Below are positions 9,874 through 18,954 of a DNA stretch of 64,000 nucleotides, piece by piece (positions within the stretch are counted from its first letter, which is position 1; every line of letters begins with the position of its first letter). Origin of the DNA: Candidatus Yanofskybacteria bacterium RIFCSPLOWO2_01_FULL_42_49 (GTDB lineage: Bacteria > Patescibacteriota > Minisyncoccia > 2-02-FULL-40-12 > GWA2-44-9); assembly GCA_001795615.1 (NCBI GenBank), contig MGKI01000004.1, positions 22,324 through 86,323 on the forward strand. Reading direction: 5' to 3'. The notes under the pieces were generated by a model that ran no database searches, was not told where the DNA came from, and saw only the letters and a list, made by a program, of their open reading frames with translations. Made by a program: the position numbers and the translations under genes.

Positions 9874-9895
9874 GGCGCTAAAACAGCGCCTTTTT
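9874..9895 (+). terminator. Rho-independent terminator
   Basis: GGCGCT-aaaac-AGCGCC followed by TTTTT. Confidence 0.7.
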
Positions 9896-10145
9896 AACGA
9901 ATCAATGGGTGAGCCGTTTAAGATTCGCCACCCCACCTAGTCAGCGATTGCTTTTCGGCATCACAGATATTCGCTGATTAGGTGTGGGGGTTTCTTACAG
10001 AACACTTCGACTAGCTCAGTGTAAATACTTTCGACAGCTCGACCAAGCTCACTTCAGACTAGCTCAATGTAAGCAAAAGTATAGTTATTTGACACTTCAA
10101 GTACATTATAATATCTTGTGGCAACAGCACTTTAACGAGGATAGA

Positions 10146-10583
10146 ATGGCAAAAAACACTGTGGTTGAGGTATCGTTTGGACTAGGAAATACGGTACGAG
10201 TTGAGGTCTCTCCGGCGGGAAATGTAGAAGTTTCGGGAGTCCGATATGTGAATGTAACCCACCAAGTTCAGCCCTCGCCAGAAAAAAGTGGAGACGCAAA
10301 AGAGGTAACTACTTTCGTAGCACCCATTATTGGCTACGGAATGTGGCAAGTAGACTACATTCAAGGAGTTGAAGTAACATTCCAGCCGATATCCGGCTCT
10401 CATTGGGCCTCTCTCGGTTTAGCCCGACCAAGTTTTGCAGCGATCTTGTCACCTAGCGACGAATCAGTTGAAGTTTCTTCAATTGACTGCTACGGAAAGG
10501 AAAAACACATCCTTGGCGTAATGCCTTCAAGAACTCATGTCGTGGCGTCACAAAGTAAGGATGAGGGGGTAGTAGAAATGTAA
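10146..10583 (+). CDS. Hypothetical protein; the ORF track starts it at 9984 but an RBS-supported ATG lies at 10146
   Basis: GAGGA RBS before MAKNTVVEV; the upstream part of the longer ORF overlaps direct repeats. Confidence 0.5.
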   Translation: MAKNTVVEVSFGLGNTVRVEVSPAGNVEVSGVRYVNVTHQVQPSPEKSGDAKEVTTFVAPIIGYGMWQVDYIQGVEVTFQPISGSHWASLGLARPSFAAILSPSDESVEVSSIDCYGKEKHILGVMPSRTHVVASQSKDEGVVEM

Positions 10584-10722
10584 AAGAAAGGTAGTAAGCA
10601 ACAACTATATCAAGATGGTTCAGATTTCTAACTTAGCGGCCAATTTGGCCGTTTTTTGATGGATACGCAACGGTTTATTATCCATGTTTCGCGCGGAACA
10701 CTGGAGGAGTGTGGGATTCTTG

Positions 10723-11002
10723 CCGTCTTTGAATCACTTTGACGAATCGAGTAAAAGGATGAGGTTGATAAGGAAAGATTCCGATAATCACAGGTCGAAC
10801 GCCAAGCAAGGTAGCTTAAGACTCTAGTCATGACGAGACACTAGAGATCCAACCTTTTGCACGGTCGAGGGCAGTATAATCGTTTAACTGCCCGAGAAAA
10901 GGTTGGGCGAAAGTAGCCGAGGTCCCTCGCGGGGGAACCGGAGGCGTGTCGAGGATGGCTAGAGTCTGAAGCGAAAGATGAGGAATTGTGATGAGAAGGC
11001 GG
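10723..11002 (+). repeat. Mosaic intergenic element copy A, possibly a structured RNA
   Basis: 5' block ccgtctttgaatcactttgacgaatcgag...ggtcgaacgcc and 3' block agatgaggaattgtgatgagaagg are shared with copy B (62166-62371); the middle is shared with copy C (7400-7640, - strand). The terminal helix shows a compensatory change and G-U pairs. Confidence 0.6.
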
Positions 11003-11017
11003 TGAGGCCGAACGACA

Positions 11018-12553
11018 CTAGGCAAGTTCCGAAAATATATTTTCGTTTACTCTAAACGCCAATGCTTCGGTAATGTGATTTTCTCTGATTATATCCGACC
11101 CCGCCAGATCCGCTATTGTGCGACCCAGCTTTTTGATTTTGTGGTAAGCCCTCATTGAAAGATTTTTATTAGTAATGGCATTTTTCAGGATTCTTTCGGC
11201 TTCCGGCTCAAGAACACAGTATTTATCTATGTTTTTAAAGTTAATCTCGGCATTGGTAAAAATGGGGGATTTAGCGAATCGGTTTTCTTGTATTTTTCTT
11301 GCCGTGACAATAGAATTCTTCATTTCGTCAATATTTACAATCTTTTTTTGTCCATTTCCGTCAACTGTTTCGCGCGAAACATTTATTTGTATATCCATTC
11401 TATCCAACAGCGGCCCCGATATTTTCTTTCGATATCTAATCACATTGATAGGGGAGCAGATGCAATTTAGTTTGTTGTCGCCATAATTACCGCATGGACA
11501 AGGATTCATGGCCGCTACAAGCATAAATTTGGCCGGTAGAGTGGCCGAACCGGCGGCTCTTGAGACAGTGACCATTCCATCCTCCAGCGGCTGTCGTAGG
11601 GCCTCTAAAACACTCCTGGGGAACTCGGGTAATTCGTCTAGAAACAGCACGCCTCTGTGCGCTAAGCTTATCTCTCCTGGTTTTGGAAATGTTCCACCAC
11701 CGATAACCGCCACAGCTGAAGTGGTATGGTGGGGATCTCTAAACGGCCTCTTAAAAGATAGGTAGGAATCCTTGATAAGTCCGGCAGAGCTGTGGATTTT
11801 GGCAACTTCCACCGACTCTTCTAGATTCATTGGGGGTATAATTTCTGACAAGGCCTTTGCCAGTATCGTTTTGCCGGAGCCAGGGGGACCAAACATCAGA
11901 ATATTATGACCGCCGGCCGCCGCTACGAAAAGAGCCCTCTTTGCGCTTTCTTGGCCTTTTATAAACGAAAGGGAATCACCACTATTAGCTTCATTTTCTG
12001 GTCTTTGTCCGCTAAAAACATAGGGGGAAATAGGGGAAAGATTAGTGATGTGGCCTATAACATCATTGATCGTGGCGGCGCCAATAATATTTATGCCGCT
12101 TATTACAGACGCTTCTTTAGCGTTAACTACTGGGACTATCAGCTCTTTAAAGCCTAACTTTTTAGCCAGGATGGCTACAGACAGTACTCCGTTTGCATGC
12201 CTAAGTGAGCCGTCCAAAGATATTTCCCCGATAATAAGCCGCTTTTCTGGGTTAAATTTTATCTGTCCGCTTTCAAGAAGACATCCGAGAGCGATGGGTA
12301 AGTCATAAGATGGGCCTTCTTTTTTAACATCAGCGGGGGCGAGATTTATTATAATTTTCTTATGTTTTCCGCTTGGGGGAGTTAATCCGCTGTTCTTTAT
12401 CGCTCCAGCCACTCTGTCTTTTGATTCTTTGACCGACTTGTCTGGTAAACCGACTATATTCAAAGAGAAAAGGCCGGGGCTTGAATCAACCTCGACCTCT
12501 ACAAGCTGCGCGTCTATTCCTACAACAGAAGCAGAGAATATTTTAACCGGCAC
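11018..12553 (-). CDS. comM: Mg-chelatase-like ATPase ComM/YifB
   Basis: 511 aa; N-terminal Lon-like domain, AAA+ Walker A GPPGSGKT, C-terminal ChlI-like domain. Confidence 0.9.
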   Translation of the reverse strand: MPVKIFSASVVGIDAQLVEVEVDSSPGLFSLNIVGLPDKSVKESKDRVAGAIKNSGLTPPSGKHKKIIINLAPADVKKEGPSYDLPIALGCLLESGQIKFNPEKRLIIGEISLDGSLRHANGVLSVAILAKKLGFKELIVPVVNAKEASVISGINIIGAATINDVIGHITNLSPISPYVFSGQRPENEANSGDSLSFIKGQESAKRALFVAAAGGHNILMFGPPGSGKTILAKALSEIIPPMNLEESVEVAKIHSSAGLIKDSYLSFKRPFRDPHHTTSAVAVIGGGTFPKPGEISLAHRGVLFLDELPEFPRSVLEALRQPLEDGMVTVSRAAGSATLPAKFMLVAAMNPCPCGNYGDNKLNCICSPINVIRYRKKISGPLLDRMDIQINVSRETVDGNGQKKIVNIDEMKNSIVTARKIQENRFAKSPIFTNAEINFKNIDKYCVLEPEAERILKNAITNKNLSMRAYHKIKKLGRTIADLAGSDIIRENHITEALAFRVNENIFSELA

Positions 12554-12604
12554 AATTTTTAGCGACTAGTGACTAGTGCTTAGCGACTAGAATTAACGAC
12601 TTCG

Positions 12605-12637
12605 CAAGTCCAACGGACTTGCGAAGTCGACTAGTGG
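12605..12637. promoter_or_regulatory. Perfect 15-bp stem hairpin between dksA-like and comM
   Basis: CGACTTCGCAAGTCC-aac-GGACTTGCGAAGTCG; flanked by agcgactag word repeats. Confidence 0.5.
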
Positions 12638-12649
12638 CTAGTAGCTAAT

Positions 12650-13003
12650 TTAGATGGCGCACGTAATACATTTATGGGCTTCCGGCATAGCTTTCAGCCG
12701 TTCCTGGGGTATTTCCGAACCGCAGTTATCACACTTGCCGTAAGTTCCCATTTTTATCTTTTCCCTTGTTTTTCTTACAGAATTCAATTTTGATTCTAGC
12801 TCTTGGGCCATCGCAAAATTTCTATCTAAATCAACGGACTCTTGAGTGTTTTCGTCGTCTTCGTCCCCGTAGCTAGGCACCCTAACCTCAAAGTCACCCT
12901 TAACTAGGGGATTTTTATTGGCAATTCTGTTGAGCTGGTCTGTTAAATTCTTTTCTTCTTGCTCAAGAGTTACATCTAGTTTTTTTAATTGATCTTTGTC
13001 CAT
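12650..13003 (-). CDS. DksA/TraR family C4-type zinc-finger protein
   Basis: C-terminal CDNCGSEI...HKCITC zinc finger preceded by a coiled coil. Confidence 0.8.
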   Translation of the reverse strand: MDKDQLKKLDVTLEQEEKNLTDQLNRIANKNPLVKGDFEVRVPSYGDEDDENTQESVDLDRNFAMAQELESKLNSVRKTREKIKMGTYGKCDNCGSEIPQERLKAMPEAHKCITCAI

Positions 13004-13204
13004 AAAAATAATCTAATCATATTCAAAAAACTTTTGCAACAAATTTAAAAGGCGCAGAGCACCCCTTTGAAAAAATGTGAAGTGTGAGTTCTGCGCCTCT
13101 TGTCCCGCCGAGGCGGAACGAAATTATTTTGCCAACAATCCACTGGTGTGTCGAACTGTCAGCTTGCCCCGACCGAAGCGTCGGGACGAAAGATCTACTT
13201 CCAT

Positions 13205-13392
13205 TATAGGTGACACGGGTGGTGACAGTCAATACAAAAATTGTGGATAACTGTGTCACCAATCCGCCAACTGGCGGAGGTGACAAGTGTCACCACTTTT
13301 TCTAGCTTTTAAGCCATTTTTACTAACAATGGTGACACCGATGTGTCACCATTTAAAATAATTGTACACAGGATGTCACTAAAATGTCACCA
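13205..13392. promoter_or_regulatory. Array of about 10 GTGACA/TGTCAC hexamers, including perfect palindromes
   Basis: ggtgacacgggtggtgaca; GGTGACAagTGTCACC; atGGTGACACcgaTGTGTCACCat; gatgtcactaaaatgtcacc. Confidence 0.55.
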
Positions 13393-13394
13393 AG

Positions 13395-14897
13395 CTATTG
13401 CGTAAGTAAAACATCTATCGCCGTATACATTGCTTCTCGAGAACCGGCGACAACCAAATAGCTTTGTCCTCCGAAATCAACAAGGGAGTAGTCCACCGTA
13501 ATATCTGGCCAAGGGAAATTTTTATACCTTATGACAGCGCCTCGGTACGCGTTATCCAGGAAATTAACGCTTGCTTCTTTGGTCGTATCGGAGATAGAAA
13601 GAAAATCGGCAAGATCATCAGCAATAGTAAACTCCCAATCTGTCATTATCGCTTGAACCGCAGCCTTATCTTTGACTCTTGCCACGAAAGAAATTTTCTT
13701 CAAGTTTTGAACACTAAGATTAACGGTGCCGTCCATGTTGAATGTCTCTGACTGGCCATAAGCCAAGACAGCAGAGTCGGCCATATTGTCCTTCAAACCA
13801 GCGGGGTACATAACCAGAGCATTATCAAACATATTTAAGAAACTTACCGGAACCAGTGTCCCTTCCACATCTTCCATCAAATTAATTCCGGTAAATTCAT
13901 TCCTTGATACAGTTAGAGCATTAACAAATATTTTGAAGTCGTTGCTTATATTATCACTTAGAGAAACTTCAAAGTTGACTGGTGTTCCTCCAGAAACAGA
14001 GAATATTTCACTTAAACTTTTAACTGACGGAGTAGCGGTTATGGTGGGTGATGGCGTTGGGGATACGGCAACTTCCGGCTCTGAAACTCGCAAAACTAAG
14101 AACCAATACATAAATCCTCCTACAACCAAAATCCCGGCTATCAGCATATAAAATGGCTGGCTCAAGAATCTCATCCCGGGGAACATCTTTTTCTCTCCCG
14201 GAACAATTATAGACGGCTGAGCTTCCTTGGGTTTTGGTATTTCCGATGTCTTGGGTGCCGGTATAAACGGCAAGGGACCAGTTTTTTCAGCTCTCCCAAG
14301 CCCGATAGCGGACGGCATTGGCCCACTGGGCGGCGTAATGATTGGTTTTTGGACTCCTGGCATCGGTGGTCTTGCCTCTGGGGTGATCTTTCTCGGTATA
14401 TCAACCCCCGACGGTTTTTGACCGGATTTAATGCTGGAAATGTCTTCACCCATTGTCCTGATTGACGATTTATACTCTTGGAAAAATTGCCTCCCTGCTG
14501 GCTGGGGCGGTTGTGGTTGTAGTTGTGGAGATTGAGACGAAGTGGCTGGTTTTGGCGGCAAAAATGGCTGCGGTCTTGCTAAATTAGGAAGTGGCCGATT
14601 TGGCACCCCCGTGCCGACATTGCCTTCCCGTTGAGGCAAGGGGACTGGTCCCTGCGGCTTAACGCTCCTATCAATTTCGGTAACGGGAATCTTAACTCCC
14701 GGCAAGTTAGGAGGCGGTCCGATTGGCCTGCTGGGCGTACTCTGGTTCATCGCGGGTTTGTCTGAAAAGGCGGGACTTGAATTACTTTTTGATAGTTCTT
14801 TAACCAGCTCGTCTATGGTTGTTGAGGGCTTATTGTCCTGACTTGTCCCGAGCTTAGTCGAGGGAGTTGTGTCGAATGGTTTGTTGTCGTCAGCCAT
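13395..14897 (-). CDS. Hypothetical membrane-anchored protein with a long proline-rich N-terminal region
   Basis: 500 aa: Pro-rich low-complexity N-terminus, a single TM (YMLIAGILVVGGFMYWFLVL), then a C-terminal globular domain. Confidence 0.6.
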   Translation of the reverse strand: MADDNKPFDTTPSTKLGTSQDNKPSTTIDELVKELSKSNSSPAFSDKPAMNQSTPSRPIGPPPNLPGVKIPVTEIDRSVKPQGPVPLPQREGNVGTGVPNRPLPNLARPQPFLPPKPATSSQSPQLQPQPPQPAGRQFFQEYKSSIRTMGEDISSIKSGQKPSGVDIPRKITPEARPPMPGVQKPIITPPSGPMPSAIGLGRAEKTGPLPFIPAPKTSEIPKPKEAQPSIIVPGEKKMFPGMRFLSQPFYMLIAGILVVGGFMYWFLVLRVSEPEVAVSPTPSPTITATPSVKSLSEIFSVSGGTPVNFEVSLSDNISNDFKIFVNALTVSRNEFTGINLMEDVEGTLVPVSFLNMFDNALVMYPAGLKDNMADSAVLAYGQSETFNMDGTVNLSVQNLKKISFVARVKDKAAVQAIMTDWEFTIADDLADFLSISDTTKEASVNFLDNAYRGAVIRYKNFPWPDITVDYSLVDFGGQSYLVVAGSREAMYTAIDVLLTQ

Positions 14898-15033
14898 GTT
14901 TTAATGTTAAGTATTTAGAATTAAGTATTTAAGTATTAATCTTAAAAACCTAAAATCTAAAAAATTAGGCTAAATTAAATTCACTATTATTCTAACACAG
15001 CTGGCAAAAATAAGTTGTGAACAACAAGAAAAA

Positions 15034-15414
15034 TTGGTACGCTGTGGCTTTATGAACAGATACATTATGAACAGATACATTTTGCGTTTTAACACGACCA
15101 ACAAGAATAGCCGTAGCAATTTTCTGGATATCAAGTCCGGCAAGAAAAAGATTGAGACCCGAGCGGCGACAACAAAATACAGAGACATAAAAAAGGGGAG
15201 CCTGTTGGTTTTTGTCTGCGGAAAGGAAAAATTTGAGAAGACAGTCAAAAAAGCGAAGATATTCAAAACCATCTCATCTATGGTCAAGGTTTATCCGCCG
15301 AACAAAATAATGCCTGATATTTCTTCGGTAAGAGAGTTGAGAAAGGCCTATTTCAGTTACCCTCGTTACAAGGAAAAGATAAAAAAGTTCGGTTTGGTAG
15401 CTTTGGAGTTGTAA
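15034..15414 (+). CDS. ASCH (PUA-like) domain protein
   Basis: LDIKSGKKKIETR..KKGSLLVF pattern of ASCH domains; the start may be the ATG at 15061. Confidence 0.5.
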   Translation: MVRCGFMNRYIMNRYILRFNTTNKNSRSNFLDIKSGKKKIETRAATTKYRDIKKGSLLVFVCGKEKFEKTVKKAKIFKTISSMVKVYPPNKIMPDISSVRELRKAYFSYPRYKEKIKKFGLVALEL

Positions 15415-15444
15415 AAGTCGGCCCAAGCGGCCGATTTTTACAAC

Positions 15445-17571
15445 TTATCTCCTTGGTGGTTTCATTGTGAGAGAAATCTTCCCCGATGTGTCGTCCACTG
15501 ATTTTACCCAGACATGGACTTTTTGGCCCATTTTGAGAATGTCGGTAACCCTGTTCACGCGCTGATCGCTCATTTCGGAGATGTGGACCATTCCGTCTTT
15601 ACCAGGCATTATTTCCACGAATGCGCCGAAATCTTTAATAGCCACGACCGTGCCGTCAAATTCATCTCCGGCTTTTGGCTCATAGGTGACCTCCTGAATC
15701 AGCGCCAGGGCTTTTTTCATTCCCTCAGGAGTAACCGAAGTGACGAATACCGAACCGTCGTCTTCAATATCTATTTCCGCTCCCGTCTTTTCAATAATTT
15801 CATTTATTATCTTGCCGCCGGGTCCGATAAGGGCTCCGATTTTGGCGGGGTTTATTTTTATCGTTTCTACGCGCGGAGCGTACTGGGATAGTTCGGATCG
15901 GGGAGAATCAATCGCTTTTTCTATAACCTCAAGTATTTCAAGACGAGCTTTTCTTGCTTGCTGAAGCGCCTTCTCTACTATCTCGGGAGAAATGCCTTCA
16001 ACTTTTACATCCATCTGCATTCCGGTTATGCCTTCTTTTGTTCCCGCAACTTTCAAATCCATGTCGCCATGATGATCTTCTGGGCCTTGGATATCGGTTA
16101 GAATTTTGTATTTTTCTCCCTTTTCATCAAACATCAAACCCATAGCAATACCGGCGGCAGGGGATTTGATTGGCACTCCTCCATCCATAAGCGCCAACGA
16201 AGAACCGCACACTGAAGCCATTGATGAAGAGCCGTTGGATGAGAGTATTTCCGAAACCAACCGTATCGTATACGGGAACGTGTCTTTCGGTGGAATAATC
16301 GGCTCAAGCGACCTTTCCGCTAATGCTCCGTGGCCTATTTCTCTCCTTCCACCTCCGCCCATGCGGCCCACTTCTCCAACGCTGAAAGGCGGGAAAACAT
16401 AATGATGCATAAACCTTTTCTTGGTCAAATTTATTTCCATTGTTTCCACCCATTGTTCAAGTCCGGGAGCAGCCAGGGTTAAAATAGATAAAGCCTGGGT
16501 AGTTCCGCGATTAAAAAGTCCCGTTCCGTGTGAATGAGGAAGTATTCCCACTTCGGCGCTTAAGTCCCGCAATTGATCAAGTTTTCTTCCGTCCGGCCTT
16601 TTTTCTCCGCCAGCCGGCTGATCAACGATGTTCCTGTGAACGATTCTGTCTATCTCCTCCTCAAAGATTAAACTGGCTTCATTAAGTTTTTTGTCTAGTT
16701 CATGGCTTTCTTTGTACTGTTCTTTTAAGTACTCCATCAGCTCGTCTTTAATCTGGCCTATCCCGTCATAAAATTCCGACTTGTTTTTTCCGGGAGCGTA
16801 CAACGCTTTCTCAAGTTTTGGTCCGCTAAAACCGCTTATAACCTTGATAAGGTCTTTATCCAGAGTAGCTATGGCCAGTTCTTTCTTTGTTCGGCCTATT
16901 TCCGACGCAATATCGCGTTGAAATTTTATTAAGTTTTGAAATTCATTAAAACCGGCGTTTATTGCCTCGGCCATTTCTTTTTCCGGAACTATTTTAGCTC
17001 CGGCTTCTATCATGTTTATCCTGTTCGCGGTGCCGGCCACGACTATGTCGAAGTCGCTTTCAGCTCTTTCTTGGTAGGTCGGGTTAAACACCAGCTTCCC
17101 CCCAACCCTGCCGATCCTTGCACCGGCAATAGGTCCGTCAAATGGAATATCGGAAGTCATCAAGGCCAGAGATGCGCCAAAAAGAGCCGGCATATCCGGA
17201 TCATTTACTCCGTCAAAAGACAGCACCGTGGCCACCACTTGTATTTCATTTCTTATATTGTGGTTAAACCGCGGACGGATAGCACGGTCAATAACACGAC
17301 CAGAGAGAATCGCTTCATCTGACGGCCTTGTTTCTCGTTTTATCCACTTAGAGCCCTTTATTTTGCCGGCAGCATAATATTTCTCTTCATAGTCCACCGA
17401 GAGAGGCATGTAATCAACGCTCTTCTGGTGGGCCGACATCGTGGCGTTAATGAGAACCGTGGTTTCGCCGTATTGAACACGGCAAGAACCGTTGGCCTGT
17501 CCACCTAAACGGCCAAACTCAATAAACAACCGCTTTCCGGCAAATTCCTTTTCGTAGGTTTTTACTGACAT
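15445..17571 (-). CDS. pnp: Polynucleotide phosphorylase
   Basis: 708 aa; two RNase PH domains, KH and S1 at the C-terminus. Confidence 0.95.
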   Translation of the reverse strand: MSVKTYEKEFAGKRLFIEFGRLGGQANGSCRVQYGETTVLINATMSAHQKSVDYMPLSVDYEEKYYAAGKIKGSKWIKRETRPSDEAILSGRVIDRAIRPRFNHNIRNEIQVVATVLSFDGVNDPDMPALFGASLALMTSDIPFDGPIAGARIGRVGGKLVFNPTYQERAESDFDIVVAGTANRINMIEAGAKIVPEKEMAEAINAGFNEFQNLIKFQRDIASEIGRTKKELAIATLDKDLIKVISGFSGPKLEKALYAPGKNKSEFYDGIGQIKDELMEYLKEQYKESHELDKKLNEASLIFEEEIDRIVHRNIVDQPAGGEKRPDGRKLDQLRDLSAEVGILPHSHGTGLFNRGTTQALSILTLAAPGLEQWVETMEINLTKKRFMHHYVFPPFSVGEVGRMGGGGRREIGHGALAERSLEPIIPPKDTFPYTIRLVSEILSSNGSSSMASVCGSSLALMDGGVPIKSPAAGIAMGLMFDEKGEKYKILTDIQGPEDHHGDMDLKVAGTKEGITGMQMDVKVEGISPEIVEKALQQARKARLEILEVIEKAIDSPRSELSQYAPRVETIKINPAKIGALIGPGGKIINEIIEKTGAEIDIEDDGSVFVTSVTPEGMKKALALIQEVTYEPKAGDEFDGTVVAIKDFGAFVEIMPGKDGMVHISEMSDQRVNRVTDILKMGQKVHVWVKSVDDTSGKISLTMKPPRR

Positions 17572-17607
17572 TATCTAAACACCAACAAAAGAGTGAGAAG
17601 CAATTCT

Positions 17608-17683
17608 GGCCCCGTAGTAGATTTTCCAGATACCCCCGGTATTGCGCCAAAGGCGCATCTGGAAAATTCACTACGGGGCTGGC
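17608..17683 (-). promoter_or_regulatory. Long near-perfect hairpin (22-bp arms) in the pnp leader
   Basis: CCCCGTAGTAGATTTTCCAGAT...ATCTGGAAAATTCACTACGGGG, with GCGCC-aaa-GGCGC nested in the loop. Confidence 0.55.
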
Positions 17684-17837
17684 CAAAAAACTCGATTTCT
17701 ACTGCGCTACTGCACTCGAGTACTTTGGCCAATACAGCCCCATTCATAATTGGTTTTCAACTACTTTTTGTTGGTTATTAATTAACTTGGATTAAAGATA
17801 CCACGGATAATTAATAAAAACAATTCCGAGTAGCGGT

Positions 17838-17990
17838 CACGACACCCGACCCCAAGACGAACGTTCGGAGGCGGGTTCTCGGAAAAGTTTCTTGAGCGTG
17901 CTTTAGCCGCTCTAAGAATCTCTGTAGCCGAGAGAGAGCGTAAAACCCAGCAGGGTTTTGACGCGGTGAGTCGAGGGTTGGGTGTCGTGA
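17838..17990 (-). promoter_or_regulatory. Multi-hairpin structured region between the NYN gene and pnp
   Basis: Outer arms CACGACACCCGACCC / GGGTTGGGTGTCGTG enclose hairpins GAGCG..CGCTC and AAACCC..GGTTTT. Confidence 0.45.
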
Positions 17991-17993
17991 ATA

Positions 17994-18536
17994 TTACTTT
18001 AACAACACCTTCTCTTTTGCTTCTTCCAAATCATAAAATTCATTGGCGGCTTGAATCAGTTTTGACGAGGCGCTTCTCCCAAAGGCCATTACCTCAACCT
18101 TTACCCCCTTATTCGTTTTGAGGTAATCCACCAAAGGGACAAAGTCGCCGTCTCCCTCAACCAGTACGGCCACATCGATTTTGTCGGCTAAAATTACCGC
18201 ATCTATGGCAATACCGACATCCCAGTCACCTTTTTTCATTCCGCCGGGGAAAATTTGTAAATCTTTCACCTTCAACTCAAAACCGGCTTTTTGTAAAGCT
18301 TCTAAAAAAGCCTTTTCTTCGCCGCTTTCGGTTTTTATCGCATACGCAAAAGCCCTTATCAACTGTCGGTTGCCTATGGCTTGTTGCAAGATCCAGCCAA
18401 AATTAACTCTGGCCTTATATAAATTCTTGGCCGAATGATACATGTTTTGAGCATCAACAAATACACCGACTTTCTGGTGCCTTGTGAGTTCCTCAGAGGG
18501 GATATTCTTGGTTGATTTATGAGACTTTGGGGACAT
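17994..18536 (-). CDS. NYN-domain (LabA-like, PIN-like) putative ribonuclease
   Basis: VGVFVDAQNMYHS...DWDVGIAIDAV...EGDGDFVPLV pattern of NYN/LabA proteins. Confidence 0.8.
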   Translation of the reverse strand: MSPKSHKSTKNIPSEELTRHQKVGVFVDAQNMYHSAKNLYKARVNFGWILQQAIGNRQLIRAFAYAIKTESGEEKAFLEALQKAGFELKVKDLQIFPGGMKKGDWDVGIAIDAVILADKIDVAVLVEGDGDFVPLVDYLKTNKGVKVEVMAFGRSASSKLIQAANEFYDLEEAKEKVLLK

Positions 18537-18542
18537 TACTAT

Positions 18543-18812
18543 TTAATTAAGGTCCAGTTTTTTAATTAAGGTATTGTATCTTTTCGGATGTTCCCGTTTC
18601 AGATGGTCGAGCAATCTCTTCCTTTTGGAAACCATCTTCAAAAGGCCCAAACGAGAACTGTTGTCTTTCTTGTGCTTCTTGAGGTGCTTGGCTAGTTGCT
18701 CTATCTCTTCCGAAAACAAAGCAACCTGCGCTTCCGCAGATCCGGTATCTTTGTCGTGGATCCTGACCTTTTCTAAAACCTTGGTTTTTTCCTTGGGGTT
18801 TAACATGGTCAT
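18543..18812 (-). CDS. rpsO: 30S ribosomal protein S15
   Basis: 89 aa with the typical S15 sequence. Confidence 0.95.
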   Translation of the reverse strand: MTMLNPKEKTKVLEKVRIHDKDTGSAEAQVALFSEEIEQLAKHLKKHKKDNSSRLGLLKMVSKRKRLLDHLKREHPKRYNTLIKKLDLN

Positions 18813-18954
18813 GCCTATTTCCCAGTAAGCAAGAGTCGATTGAAATATTGGCTACCGAGAAATCGCAGTTAATTAATATGCCTTTATCATATCAAAATTT
18901 ATAAAAATTGCAACACGGTTTAATAATGTCGCAAAATATATTAAAATATACTCA

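Noticed and set aside
10723-11002. Element copies as RNase P RNA, tmRNA, SRP RNA or a group II intron domain V
   Set aside because: No GGAAAGUCCGG / ACAGAA.CCGGCUUA (RNase P) blocks. No tRNA-like 3' end with GGUUCGA.UCC plus acceptor (tmRNA). No SRP domain IV motif. The GCCGAGCGAAACC..GUACGGC segment near 62380 resembles domain V only superficially and there is no reverse-transcriptase ORF.
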